DNA of 64,000 bases, from IMG/VR virus record IMGVR_UViG_3300023109_000011, positions 34,113 to 98,112 of that record. One strand, 5' to 3'. Each line of letters opens with the position of its first letter. Within the stretch, counting starts at the first letter, position 1. The stretch is from a virus. The notes beneath the pieces are model-generated. The model had not been told where the DNA came from. It saw only the letters and a list, made by a program, of their open reading frames with translations, and did not search any database. The position numbers and the translations under genes were made by a program. Below, in pieces: positions 38,401 to 47,033 of this stretch.

Positions 38401-40099
38401 TCTTCCAGTTCATGTAAGAGAAGCCCTGTACATAACAACCAGAACCTACTAGAATCGCATTGTTATTTTCATAACCTGGAAGTGCTTCAATAACCGTGGC
38501 ATACTGACCAGATGTAGAAGTAACCGAACAATCATCCGGCAACATCAAGTTACCCTTGGTGTAATATGTTCCTGGCCCTGCAGAAATATGAACTGAGTTG
38601 TTTAAAGCATTTCGATCAAATGATCCACCAGCCTTTTCTAAACAAAGCTCAAACGCTCGTTCCATACTTTGAACTGGCTGTAACATAGTTCCTGGGTTGT
38701 CATCATTACCTGATGCAGCATCAACGTGAACTTTAAGAGCCTGTGCAGTACTCTTCGATACTTCGTCAAATAATTGACTGTAAGAAATTTGTTCTGTTTG
38801 ACCTGTCTTTTCGTTCTTAATAGCAAAGTAGCTATCTTGATCAAGAGGTGGCTCAAACTTATCATTGAGATCCATGTCAAAGTCGACAAGAGTAGAATCC
38901 TTAACGATACCATTGTCGAACGTTGACTTAGTAACATCACCACTGTCGAACGTTGATCTTGTTTGACTAAAGCCATCAGCACTTGAACTCGTGATGGTCA
39001 TGTTCTGAGCTACTACATTATCCATCGTTCCTGTAAAGGATGAATTAGTAATTTCAGAATTCTGAATTGTACCTTGGTCAATTGTAGTATTGGTAAAGAC
39101 GTTGTTATTGCCGGTACCATCAGAGAAGTCTGAGTTAATGATTTCAACATTATCAAGATCAGACTGAGTAATTGTAACGTTGTTTGCTGTTGAATCTTCA
39201 ATTGCGCCATCTGTAAACGTTGAATTAGCAATTTCTAAATTATCAGCAGTGCTATCGGTGATTGTAGAATCATCAATAGTAGAATTTGTAAGTACTACAT
39301 TATTACCAGTACCGTTATTAAATTCAGAATCAGTTATAACAACGTTGCTTGCAACCGAATCTTCAATTTCACCGTTCGTAAAGACAGAAGTATCAATGGT
39401 AGATCTGGTAAGTACTACGTTGTTGCCGGTTCCGTCATTAAACTGAGAATCAGTAATAACTACGTTATTTGCGGTAGAGTCGTTTAACTCAGAATTTGTA
39501 AGTACTACATTGTTACCGGTAGAGTCAAAGATCTCTCCATCAGTAAACTCGGAATTTGTTATTACAATATTGTTAGCAGTGGAATCTTCAATCGACCCAT
39601 CATTAAATTCAGAATTTGTTATTACAACATTGTTTGCTGTACTATCATTAAGTTCTGAATTCGTGAGTACAACATTATTACCGGTTGAATCATTAATCTC
39701 GCCGTCGTTGAACTCAGACTGAGTAATGATTACGTTGTTTGCTGTAGAGTCGTTAATCTCACCGATATTAAATTCGGATGAGGTAATGATTAAGTTATTA
39801 GCATCCGAGTTCGTAATGACAGTATCGTCAATCGTCCCTCGTTCAAAGTTAGTATCTTCGATGTCAGAATTGTCGATAATGACTCGATCAATGCGCAGGT
39901 CGTGGATGAACGCGCCGGAAATGTCTCCGCCGGTAATCGTGATCCGATCAAATACCTCGTACTGAATGGCCTGTACGAGTTCTTTACGAGTGATGTTTGA
40001 TGTGCCATCATCACCTTGTACCAGATTGACAATAACAAATAGATCTTCTGATCTAGTATTATCACCGGTAATCGGAGGTAATTCTGAAATCTTCGCCAT
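29402..40099 (-). CDS. Giant (3565 aa) virion structural protein: acidic beta-solenoid, pectin-lyase-like beta-helix, C-x-R-D helical repeats and His/Cys beta repeats
   Basis: MAKISELP start; NNVV.T.S..ND repeats; HVDAASGNDDNPG...AGPGTY beta-helix cap; 11 C-x-R-D repeats; 7 YDP.TG...H...GD...C...H..P...HTFVS repeats. Late promoter upstream. Confidence 0.8.
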   Translation of the reverse strand: MAKISELPPITGDNTRSEDLFVIVNLVQGDDGTSNITRKELVQAIQYEVFDRITITGGDISGAFIHDLRIDRVIIDNSDIEDTNFERGTIDDTVITNSDANNLIITSSEFNIGEINDSTANNVIITQSEFNDGEINDSTGNNVVLTNSELNDSTANNVVITNSEFNDGSIEDSTANNIVITNSEFTDGEIFDSTGNNVVLTNSELNDSTANNVVITDSQFNDGTGNNVVLTRSTIDTSVFTNGEIEDSVASNVVITDSEFNNGTGNNVVLTNSTIDDSTITDSTADNLEIANSTFTDGAIEDSTANNVTITQSDLDNVEIINSDFSDGTGNNNVFTNTTIDQGTIQNSEITNSSFTGTMDNVVAQNMTITSSSADGFSQTRSTFDSGDVTKSTFDNGIVKDSTLVDFDMDLNDKFEPPLDQDSYFAIKNEKTGQTEQISYSQLFDEVSKSTAQALKVHVDAASGNDDNPGTMLQPVQSMERAFELCLEKAGGSFDRNALNNSVHISAGPGTYYTKGNLMLPDDCSVTSTSGQYATVIEALPGYENNNAILVGSGCYVQGFSYMNWKIDNFDFPEGGFAVAYRPGAKLLRSPYLRDSTQLSNFVRSDVEPPLNPYNTKGTLADLGREFTLEVGMTGQNANPALSLWQEGDEVTFSSGAVGYLSWDDSMDAAQGIDRDVDQNRKIRVRNLKNNRGFAVGDTVQCESGGTGTVASIGIDDFPNRLVGRGGGCVLADRRVLDPDSLYTYVLCFGFTPRTQNGIGYVARDGAGVNGIGSLSIFVRIAFYALNGGQMTLNNSGTQFGDISMRAKGTTRFFAPKSTSAANIFGNTAFADTIEANEPLIIDDMVDFITANTASGGLGYKGYDADKCERDSKIILDGLGYDIALDSNYWGRLAGISYRSPISYVVPGEQLEETLGANEYMQARVQDLFEGDPAIVARANTSMQELYNVLQYGEENINPITWVPTSVEQTAARELLQDNRTFIQTELTNWIDNNDQFYSYDSVACRRDTTDYIMPAVKNDMLLDTNYNAVTAGNAYYMASASKVIGEQRNETIGAYRFLKDRTNEILDANSYISSARVDGAFDEIITQLRANGATFTPTGVDYDHITGVMIMTIGTHNLEPGDKILFKPESILLACEGDGSIGQIAHPRALGGAGRPDPCYNTPCEITDVGATTITINAGVATVDKAHTFVSALPNAISVLGAEITFSDDAGILEARRDSRKLLQANREFMQDSVLNYIDTNYFHYDNIACRRDVTDYILPAVQRDMVTGSNYNAIQAGIAYRQKTGESTILNELPQTVAAIEDLQFNTRQEITDNVGVEFGAQFTPSNATYDPNTGIFVATVGTHSLEPGDYVWFADNGITMSCDMGSGATNHTSPAAHHPFYRKPCLVTEVDATTITMNVGTGGTGLFPHTFVSSVANAISEVTSVGRNAESTQADLSFRQLVDIVNNTGKTYTPTGVTYDPVTGMMISTIGDHDLQPGQEIVLADSCITFTCPDAGGNPVSITHPRPTDPVYRKPIKITATSSTTFTCYIGPAGTDKVHTFVSATADCVKEFGYSGTYTPQNATYDPNTGVFVASIGKHNVQVGDYVEIKPESVVFSCDNGNGPEDHASPEQHHPFYKKPVLVTAVTTTSITMNVGAGGGYTGVHTFVSADVGAIIADPLVWTDPSSYLNYYTPTTATYDPATGVSVVTIPDHDLAIGDRIEFTPYSFTYTCSLDSNATEHQYPRVGDGNYKTAMEITNVAGNNITVNVGTGSGGTHTFVSVANDAVIKVTTNTAGQLAREQLQANRNMIQTEIMEYLDTQYFVFDGDKCSRDTGFIVDAARRSVATGSNYPAIYMGLGYRIGTVGADKVVNDQLTETVGAINYLKSEVSEELTGTALTRSNDAFDEIIDILSNGSGNADTIVWGTNAVDVAHANARVALQTNKTFIQAETVAHIADTYPNLTYDTAKCLRDTGYMIDAISWDIQHGSNAGAVNFARLYFENAMAVLPEDQVVPTVRTWEYIAEVCYSVIRAIAITPTTGNVQTQDVSGGDLGIILGNKGRDLVTVVTKTIEADTLDWLPSYVEPTIEAGFETAVARMDGKTENLQTDVIEHIINVFNGLPYNKAKCFRDIGHIIDSVSKDIEYGGNASTIESAAFYFSRDDETSGDYEQLRSVNVLPLEVKGQMRDTAEEYPTANVSGLRTLINVLPEIQRVPTRLAFERLADVAEKVVTETAITPSSANVPAQDTSGTAAPAATGTAVHDLIQAVAALVDDKTADYIPKATNPTVDPNRTVARKQIQMNKDFIAEDVVEYLRERYYTFDGEKCYRDMAILINAVKRDVLTDSNFNAVFNGLAYRIGTKLADNVITEQLTETVSAIEYTRDAAVAAVTDPTAKTKTLNSFNELIDIMTNGETAADNIVFGPSSSRGLNGINAREQLKNNKAFMQAEITAYLADNYPSYVYDVAKCERDVGYLTDCVIFDTYHSGNSAVRGNAKLYFENAVSVLPVDQQAKTAETFIHIAEVAKYIVQDQDVDGLGLKSSSNSATQNRDSGSAGLAVGNEVERLFSVVANAISNNSLESMPALEEPNSASNAYVDEFKTAFTELEAVIPSVQDGLYAHLAEYFEILPYSEDKCRRDTKYILDGISHDIQYGGNAATLGNAKLYFDNAVNTLPLEQREASKFAFTHMSELVEKIVQRQEIPLRPLDRFGVSTVAYDPVSGEMVTTTLAPHTLSLGDYIVIEKEGITFECNNPAVEISHPRVTDPVYRKPLRVSAVTATTFTVNVEPAGGYTQAHSFVSAKANAIIKVSNPYRQELGNVAGNPMIATRAKALGMIITNVVETGSYATFPTRVDPLQTWQSPTVIAGKEAVEDAVPALADNVLTYLTAVQNGLGFPGAKCRRDIGYLIDAVSHDVQYGGNFASRQSAGIYFENGVSVLPADTRKQTADIYDYLGLVMSQVVQENDVSQFTTYTPTNATYDPASGVFTATIGSNNFKVGDLVWFAPESIVFSCNMGSGNQNHRSPESHHPYYNRGCPITAVEGTTITMNVGTGGTGQVAHTFVTADADSLANGPYQQFLGTPGTATEAAAAQSLIGIVEDVIRANSTDALPGLEGPDLSWVNSELIGAAEQIEDNVDHLANDLVHFINTEFNALDYNRAKCFRDVGYLLDAFSYDLNYGGNIASRWNADFYFWNNEYRVPENQREATAKSYRQLGVICKDIVLGKYAGQVAKGELGTQVEADKVEKLANVFYLTQINKDTKYLPAKQEPDYAYAGDKFTGAQFIIGENKINLAADTVRYVSAEYGFINLPLTRRDASNLLQAIANDFKYEDGTEVNSPSYTGSIAVGAQNAIRTFTSSFFDYKGQHAFPVFNSTTRGLKYQGSLQGPVGSGILASVTGQKPNHAYIVATNMAVSHYEGDIYYWDPTINDWRYDGPNNTELLDSFVGAWERMRDYMISNLSPDAAHSAMIAGLFNDCLIDNVVRPETLIFGSLVESIAHQFNGASAGVNRNALPLNFRNLGQPISAIASVLNEDGGRIRWSGADELNNQYFARGLRINGRTGRIEGRPFTSSVRKLARRASNSRASL

Positions 40100-40121
40100 C
40101 TAGCCTTTCCTTTTTACTTTA

Positions 40122-40129
40122 TATTTATA
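40122..40129 (-). promoter_or_regulatory. T4 late promoter TATAAATA
   Basis: Exact consensus, intergenic, about 23 bp upstream of the 3565-aa gene, followed by the AAAGGAAAGG SD. Confidence 0.85.
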
Positions 40130-40152
40130 AGACCATTATTGGACTAATGTGA

Positions 40153-41355
40153 CTATTCGCTTGGTAAGCGACTTTCTAAAACTTCTACTTTTTCTTTCAA
40201 TTCTTTAATTGCTTCCAATAGTAGAGGGATAAGGCCATTGTAGTTCACGCCTTTATACACTCCATCATTTTTTTGTATATCATAAATAACTTCAGGCAGG
40301 ACTCTTTCAACTTCCTGTGCTATAACACCGGATTCGACAGTATCACTACCAATTTTATTAAATGTGTACCCATTCACCGACATAAGTTTGTCTAGGCTGT
40401 TGGGTATAATCATTAAATTTTCTTTTAATCGTTGATCAGATGCGGTAACAACGTTGCCTGATGCAGTAATGTTACCAGTAACCGTTAGGTTAGTATCGAT
40501 TTGAGCGGTTCCTGAAACGTCAAGATCACCCAGAACATTAAACCCTCCAGTAGTCCACTCAGCAGTAGAGTACTCTGATCCTGCAAGTGTAACTCGTAGT
40601 TGTCCAACAGGATTCGCACCGTCGAGAGTTCCTCTAACATGTGAGGCATAGCCCGAACCTTCGAAACTAATCTTTCGTTGTTGTATATCTTTTGGCGTAT
40701 TTAATGTAGTAATATCAGTACTAGCGTTATAGTTAACACTTACATTAGCAGGACCAACCCCAGGTTGAAGTGCACTACCGACTCGAGCATTTGTGAAGTA
40801 AAGATTAGTGGAACCTTCAGGAACGTCATCGGTATCAGAGAATTGAGATGCACCAACAAATGAGGCTGCAGTAACAGTTCCAGTACATACAATACTAGGA
40901 ATTGTTAATACACCTGCAGTTGAAAGTTCAAACTTAACAGGAGCGACGCCAGTGTCGATAATAAAGTTTGAGTCGGCTTGAGTATCATCAATACCCACAT
41001 CCCAACTAAAGCTTCCATCGGTGAAACGAACTTGGCCACCAGATGCAACGTTATTAAATATAGCGGCAGGATTAGCAGCAGCTGTAATCTCAACGGGAGA
41101 TCCGAATGCAACCGTACCGGAACTCGATGCAGAGTTAATAAGATCAGTTTTAAGATCACCACCGTTACCTGCATCTACAACAAGATTATCAGCTGTAAAA
41201 ATACCGGTTAGTGTAGCGTCTCCGTCTGTTGTATCCCCAGAGCCTGACGCAGTCATTACTTCGTCTTTGAATATGCCGACCATTTCATTAGTCTTAGCAA
41301 GCCAATTCTCAAACGTCTGACTGGTAGTTACTTCGGTTATTAGTGGTTTTGCCAT
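40153..41355 (-). CDS. Short fibre protein with S74 chaperone domain (400 aa)
   Basis: N-terminal TFENWLAKTNEM (fibritin-like head), DTDDVPEGSTNLYFTNAR, and C-terminal ASDQRLKENL...GVIAQEVE...VNYNGLIPLLLEAIKEL. Confidence 0.82.
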   Translation of the reverse strand: MAKPLITEVTTSQTFENWLAKTNEMVGIFKDEVMTASGSGDTTDGDATLTGIFTADNLVVDAGNGGDLKTDLINSASSSGTVAFGSPVEITAAANPAAIFNNVASGGQVRFTDGSFSWDVGIDDTQADSNFIIDTGVAPVKFELSTAGVLTIPSIVCTGTVTAASFVGASQFSDTDDVPEGSTNLYFTNARVGSALQPGVGPANVSVNYNASTDITTLNTPKDIQQRKISFEGSGYASHVRGTLDGANPVGQLRVTLAGSEYSTAEWTTGGFNVLGDLDVSGTAQIDTNLTVTGNITASGNVVTASDQRLKENLMIIPNSLDKLMSVNGYTFNKIGSDTVESGVIAQEVERVLPEVIYDIQKNDGVYKGVNYNGLIPLLLEAIKELKEKVEVLESRLPSE

Positions 41356-41356
41356 T

Positions 41357-41539
41357 TTATTCGGATTCCAACTTTTGTATTCTGTCGTAAATAAGTGTTA
41401 TGCTCTTCTTGATTTCTACGATATCATCATGGAGCCTGTCAACTTTACGGTAGTACTTACGCTCTACTTTATATTTATTCAGCGCTTCAACATCGGTATT
41501 GAGAACAGCACCGGTTATTGGATCTTTTTTACTTTGCAT
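41357..41539 (-). CDS. Small coiled-coil hypothetical protein
   Basis: KDPITGAVLNTD followed by a heptad helix; fills the gap between flanking genes, and I recognise the pattern as typical downstream of VrlC-like genes. Confidence 0.65.
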   Translation of the reverse strand: MQSKKDPITGAVLNTDVEALNKYKVERKYYRKVDRLHDDIVEIKKSITLIYDRIQKLESE

Positions 41540-41552
41540 GATAAGTCTACCC

Positions 41553-44500
41553 CTAGGATAACGCTATGGCCCTGTAATCGTTTAATGTGGGAGCGTTGTG
41601 GATGTTAGGTGATAGCATATCAATGCGGATGGCAAACTTTCTAAATCCAGAGAAAGTACCAGCATTGCTAGTATATTGTAGTAGTCCATTAACATCCTTA
41701 TCCGACTCAGCTACCTTATACTTGTACTCTTTAAAATCACCGATGTTAATATTTGAAGAGAATAAATTTACACCTTCAAACATTTCTAATTCTACCCATT
41801 CCATCTCACCAAAGCTCTGACCATCGTAAACATTCTGAGGCTTAATGTAAACCTTAATGTCTGTACCGTTAGGGCGATATGCGCTGATAGTTACTTCCAT
41901 ATCTTCGGCGTCAAGATCTTCAGCCAGTTCTACGCGGTTTGAAATAAACACCGCATCAGGATCAGATGCATCATTATTGATGTTATATTGATATGCGAAT
42001 AGTTTAGCAATTTCGATATCAACCACAGGTGTAGATGTTACGTTACCGCTGTTTTCTAAGTTGACTGTAAAGTTGAATGCTTTAGTTTCATTAACATCGT
42101 TAGATTTACTATATACCATCACACCCTTTTCTGGGAAGTGAATGTTACCATTAAACTTTAAGCCTTTAGTGTAAGTACTGCTTACGTCTGCTGGTGAAAC
42201 GAATGTTCCATCAAGAGTTGTAGTTGCAACAGTATCTTCTGTTTTCTGAATCATTGCTTGAACATAGCTTAGATTAATATCATCAACCGTTGTAATGTCA
42301 GCAGTCTTGCCACTGTCGAGTCCAACAATCTTAGTTGTTGCATCTGAAGGATTACTTGCTTGGAATACTCGTGATGGCTTAGCTGAACTGTGCTCGAGGT
42401 TCATAGTAAATGGTCTTAGTACATTATAGTAACTTATGTTACCTACCACCACTGCTGCACAAGTTCCTCCACTTACCGCAAACGATGTTGGCTTATTCAC
42501 AGTAAGTTGCGATGCGGAATCGACACTGATAACTTTAAAGATATCTTTACGAGTAGCACCAGCATCATTTATTAGAATAAAGTCATTCTCGTTAAACGTA
42601 TCATCGAGATCTGTACCGGTAATGATTGCTGTATTTATTGCCATACTTACAGTTGCAGATGTTGAGCCTGCAAAAGCCTTTTGCTGGTAAACAAGCTCAC
42701 CGGTATTGAATCGGCCAGTAACGTCGCTGATAGTCAAGAACTCACAATCATTTGCTGTCATTGTAATTGAACCAGCAGACTCGTTAAAGTTATGTCGATA
42801 AAGCTTGAACTTTAAATCTTCGTCTTGGTATGACTTCCAAGCACTGTTGTTTGTTGAACTAAATAGAACACCATCACCCCAGTCCTGTACAATAGCAGTT
42901 CCTTGAGTCGCTCCAGGCGTAAGATCATTTTGTCCGATTTGAGATATGAACAGCAAGTAGTTAGGATCGTTAGCATCTGCTTGTAATACTAATGCATATT
43001 CTTTTTCTACATCCAATCTTACAGGAGCTTCAAAAGTAAATGTAGTTGGAACCGAAGCGTCATCAGATGCAGCCCCTACTAAATCAGAAGGTAGTTTACG
43101 AGACTTCGAGAATGGAATGATTTCGTTTGTTGGGAAACCATTAACAACTTCTCGTATCTGACAGGTGATACCATTCTCTGTACTAACTCGCTTGAAGAAT
43201 ACATCAACCTGAGATAAGAATACTGTATTGCTTCCAGCACCCATACCTTTCTTAACAAAGAATGTTTGAGCAAGTGGATCACGACCTTCTGGTCTTCGAA
43301 CAACATTTCGAACAGTGGTTGTCTTAGCTACATCAGCATCTGGCTTACGAGTTGTTTGAGTAAGAGATGTACGCTCCATTGAGAAGTTATAAGCACGGTA
43401 TGTAACAAAACCTGTAGATGTTGCAGCTGAATTAATATTGTCGTAAGAATCAACATCCACAATATCTAATACGCGATCACCGACGAAGAATGTTTCACCA
43501 GGGATTGTAAAGACTGCACGTAATACACCATTTGCATCAGTAGATACTGCATCACCGTATTCGCCTAATCGCTCAACTAGGTTAACATCGTCAACAGCAC
43601 TTCCTGGGATTACATTAGCATTAACGTCTGTCTTGTCGAAGAAGAAATAATGTTGAGTGTTTGGACGAAGACCTGACATATAGACCTTAACATCCCTGCC
43701 AGCAATAAATGGCTTGAACTGTACATTACTAACAAAGTCTCCAACAGGAACTGAAACGCTAGTATTCTCAGGCATTGAGATATCGATATCACGCTGAGTG
43801 GTAACTTCTCGGAATGTGCCGGGATTGTATCCATACCGACGGTTACGATAACGTGGGTGGTGCCATCCGCCATGCCACCATCTGTTCCACCACCAATCAC
43901 CACCCCAATATTCGCCAGGAACATATTCGTAACTGGTATCAGTAAGTGGTAGTACTTCTTGAATGTTATCAATGAGTTCGCTAAATGCTCCAGTCATATC
44001 AACATCAATTGTCACTGGATTGACCGTAGTGTCATAGTTCACGTCGTAAGGAGGTGAAATGTAACCGTTACCTTTGTACTGGTAGAAGTTGTTTGCACAA
44101 GTTCTAAAACCAGTTGCTGAAGGTTGGTCTATGAAAGCGACATTTGAATCTCGACCTAGTGTACCCACCTTAGCACTTGTGGCTGAAGGGAATAAGGAAG
44201 CGCCGGAGCTTGTCTTATATTTAAGATCAATAGGGAATTGCTTGACTGAAGGAGTAAGTACCTTACGACCATGCGGAATCGCTGCACTAAATAAAGGATC
44301 TTTAATGTTTGAAAGAGAAATATCATTGAATGGATCTACAATAAATCCATTTTTAAATCTGTTAAGTCCATTCTCATCGAGTACTCGCATATTTTGTGTA
44401 TCAGATTCAAGCTGATTCAATGAGATGTAATAAGACATATTGTCGATTCTCTTTTCGAGAGAATGCATGTCTTTCATAGTAAAGTTTTTAACACCTGTAC

Positions 44501-47018
44501 CCTTACAAGTAATTGCATGTGCTCGTTTATTTTGAGCATCAGCTGCTCGAGCTGATAGAGCTGGAAAGCCAGGGACTCGAACTTCAGCAACGGCAAACTC
44601 TTCTCGACTTACTCGTGGTGGTGTTGGGTTATCTTGCTCTTTACCTTTAAGAAGTTTAATTTCACCATAAGAATCAACAACAATACTGTCGATACGTGCT
44701 AAGTAATATTCGATGTCAGTTGTAATTGCTTGATCGACTGCAGGGATGAGAGGTGTACCGTGACCATCAGCACCAAAGGTAGTAACTGCACCACCTACGG
44801 TTCCAGCAATAATAGGAGCGGTTGGCCCGTCGTTTGCACCATAGTTTGCATTAGCTGCTTTATCTGCGACTGGTCTAAAGTCAAAGCACTCTCGTAAACT
44901 ATATGAATCACCTGCATCAGCTACGTAAGCTGGAATATCAGATGGTTGAATTGTATTGGGATAACTGTTAATTGTAAAGTAGTAATCACCAGATGAACTA
45001 ATTACTTTAAAGCACTTTAATTGAATAATCAATCGCTGGTTACCAGGACGTGGTCGACCTTGGATGTATTCAATATATGAAATATCGTAGTGAGTATCTT
45101 TTTGGTTATTATGCAGCTTAAAGCTCTTGGTGTAATCAGTTCCTAATGTGTCTTCGATACTAATAATTTCAAATACGTCTGGGAAACCAAGGCTATATTT
45201 GTTTTGGCCTAGGGTATGATCAACACGTACAAACGGTTCTTCTACTACCTTACCATAAGGCTCTACACCATCTGTGGAGCCAATCAAACGAACGTTATAG
45301 TAAACCTCTACTGAACTCCAAGGACCTCCAGATGGATCCAGCTCAATCACCAGCTCACTGTTATTAGTCTGTGTGGTAGTTGAAGTGATTGTTGGATAAG
45401 CACCACCTGCCGCAACAACCAATACGTCGTTATTATCACATACAAAGTCTTCACCTGGGCCTGCTGTAATCGTGATGACGTTTGTTTGAGCAGTTGCAGA
45501 TACCTGTTGTCGTACTGGAATCAAAGTATCTGAGGTCGAGAATAAGCTTACCAAACCAGTGCGGAAAATGAGTGGCTTAAGTCCTACATTTCGAATTACA
45601 TTTCCTACTGAAACAAATCCGTTTCCATCTGAAAGCTTAGCAATATCTTGTACTGCACCTACCATTACTACGTTTGTGATATAGGCTTTTGTAGGTGTAA
45701 TGTTAATCGCTTGACAAGAACCGATAGACGAACCACCAGAATCTTGAATATCAACCGTTGCTCGATTTAAATCAATTTTACCACTAAAACCAGTAACATC
45801 AAGATAGTAACCATAAGCAGTTGATACCGCTTGGTTGGCTGCAGTTTCTGTTTCAGTTATTTGATCAATAGGGAAGGAGCGTTCTGCATTGTTCTCAACT
45901 CGATAACCTTTAACATAAGCAACACCGGTTCCTAACACTGCATGTGCTGATGCTGGCGTACCTGGTGCTGATCCTGAAGGAACAAGGTCATCTGAAATTA
46001 CGTCGAAGTTATCAAGTACATAGTTACCTGATTCTTCATAAGTCCGGCGGGCCATCTCTTCACCGAGAACGTTATATTGAGAAACGTCTCGAATTGTTAC
46101 TGCATTACCATTTTGGTATCGAATCAAAGAGAAAAATTCGACATCACTATTACCTGTTTCGCTATTAACAACGATAAGTTCTGGTGTAAGCTTAAGTCGA
46201 TCAGCACCAGGAGCGTTTTCGTTAGCGGATCCATTTGCATTGTCGAAAAGTTGTGCATCTTCAAGAGCATTAACATTTCGCTCAGTAATCTTATAACCTA
46301 CTGAAACACCGTCTGGTACTCGATTGTATTTAGATACAACAAGTGTTTGCTCACCCGCAAATATAAAGTGACCTTTCTGGAAAATAACACCGGGTGCTGA
46401 TTGAATACCAAATGAATCACCAACCGCATCATCCGATGGTAAAGAAATTACAGAAAGAGTAGGTGGTGTGACATCAGATGGAGCGAATACTTCGTCAGTA
46501 GTACCACGCTTATATCTAAATAAGGTAATAGTAAGTGTATCACCTTTGTTGAATTTTTCTTGGCCTGGAATGGTGTTTAAGTAATTAATGAAGAATGTTT
46601 TCTTGTTAACCGGATCAGCGAGGAAACCGTTTGCTGCCTGGACAATGGCTGCTCGCAGACCTGCGGCATTACTTAAAACGTAAACATAATCGATTTCTAC
46701 ATCAATACCACCAATAGTTTCAATCTCAACTTTAGGGATATATGCTAAAGGATTAATGTCAGTACCACCAAGGGCATCATTTATTTTAACGAATTGCAGG
46801 CTGTCAAGGTTTGTAAAGTTACAACCTTTAATAACGCTTCCTTCTTTGAAGATGTTATCTCCAAATTGTTCAACCTGATTTTGAAGCATTGACTGAAGTT
46901 GAATCAGTTCGCGCGCTTGAACAGCAAATCCTGGCTTAAACAATACGCGATAGTATTGATTCTCGACGTCAAAATCGTCAAAGTATGGTGACTTATTAAG
47001 ATCTGTGTTTATAGGCAT
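41553..47018 (-). CDS. VrlC-like / DUF4815 large virion structural protein
   Basis: DLNKSPYFDDFD...YYRVLFKPGFAVQARELIQLQSMLQNQVEQFG; NENAPGADRLK; MARRTYEESGNY; RFKNGFIVDPF; RDPLAQTF. Confidence 0.88.
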   Translation of the reverse strand: MPINTDLNKSPYFDDFDVENQYYRVLFKPGFAVQARELIQLQSMLQNQVEQFGDNIFKEGSVIKGCNFTNLDSLQFVKINDALGGTDINPLAYIPKVEIETIGGIDVEIDYVYVLSNAAGLRAAIVQAANGFLADPVNKKTFFINYLNTIPGQEKFNKGDTLTITLFRYKRGTTDEVFAPSDVTPPTLSVISLPSDDAVGDSFGIQSAPGVIFQKGHFIFAGEQTLVVSKYNRVPDGVSVGYKITERNVNALEDAQLFDNANGSANENAPGADRLKLTPELIVVNSETGNSDVEFFSLIRYQNGNAVTIRDVSQYNVLGEEMARRTYEESGNYVLDNFDVISDDLVPSGSAPGTPASAHAVLGTGVAYVKGYRVENNAERSFPIDQITETETAANQAVSTAYGYYLDVTGFSGKIDLNRATVDIQDSGGSSIGSCQAINITPTKAYITNVVMVGAVQDIAKLSDGNGFVSVGNVIRNVGLKPLIFRTGLVSLFSTSDTLIPVRQQVSATAQTNVITITAGPGEDFVCDNNDVLVVAAGGAYPTITSTTTQTNNSELVIELDPSGGPWSSVEVYYNVRLIGSTDGVEPYGKVVEEPFVRVDHTLGQNKYSLGFPDVFEIISIEDTLGTDYTKSFKLHNNQKDTHYDISYIEYIQGRPRPGNQRLIIQLKCFKVISSSGDYYFTINSYPNTIQPSDIPAYVADAGDSYSLRECFDFRPVADKAANANYGANDGPTAPIIAGTVGGAVTTFGADGHGTPLIPAVDQAITTDIEYYLARIDSIVVDSYGEIKLLKGKEQDNPTPPRVSREEFAVAEVRVPGFPALSARAADAQNKRAHAITCKGTGVKNFTMKDMHSLEKRIDNMSYYISLNQLESDTQNMRVLDENGLNRFKNGFIVDPFNDISLSNIKDPLFSAAIPHGRKVLTPSVKQFPIDLKYKTSSGASLFPSATSAKVGTLGRDSNVAFIDQPSATGFRTCANNFYQYKGNGYISPPYDVNYDTTVNPVTIDVDMTGAFSELIDNIQEVLPLTDTSYEYVPGEYWGGDWWWNRWWHGGWHHPRYRNRRYGYNPGTFREVTTQRDIDISMPENTSVSVPVGDFVSNVQFKPFIAGRDVKVYMSGLRPNTQHYFFFDKTDVNANVIPGSAVDDVNLVERLGEYGDAVSTDANGVLRAVFTIPGETFFVGDRVLDIVDVDSYDNINSAATSTGFVTYRAYNFSMERTSLTQTTRKPDADVAKTTTVRNVVRRPEGRDPLAQTFFVKKGMGAGSNTVFLSQVDVFFKRVSTENGITCQIREVVNGFPTNEIIPFSKSRKLPSDLVGAASDDASVPTTFTFEAPVRLDVEKEYALVLQADANDPNYLLFISQIGQNDLTPGATQGTAIVQDWGDGVLFSSTNNSAWKSYQDEDLKFKLYRHNFNESAGSITMTANDCEFLTISDVTGRFNTGELVYQQKAFAGSTSATVSMAINTAIITGTDLDDTFNENDFILINDAGATRKDIFKVISVDSASQLTVNKPTSFAVSGGTCAAVVVGNISYYNVLRPFTMNLEHSSAKPSRVFQASNPSDATTKIVGLDSGKTADITTVDDINLSYVQAMIQKTEDTVATTTLDGTFVSPADVSSTYTKGLKFNGNIHFPEKGVMVYSKSNDVNETKAFNFTVNLENSGNVTSTPVVDIEIAKLFAYQYNINNDASDPDAVFISNRVELAEDLDAEDMEVTISAYRPNGTDIKVYIKPQNVYDGQSFGEMEWVELEMFEGVNLFSSNINIGDFKEYKYKVAESDKDVNGLLQYTSNAGTFSGFRKFAIRIDMLSPNIHNAPTLNDYRAIALS

Positions 47019-47033
47019 ATCTAATTAAATTCC

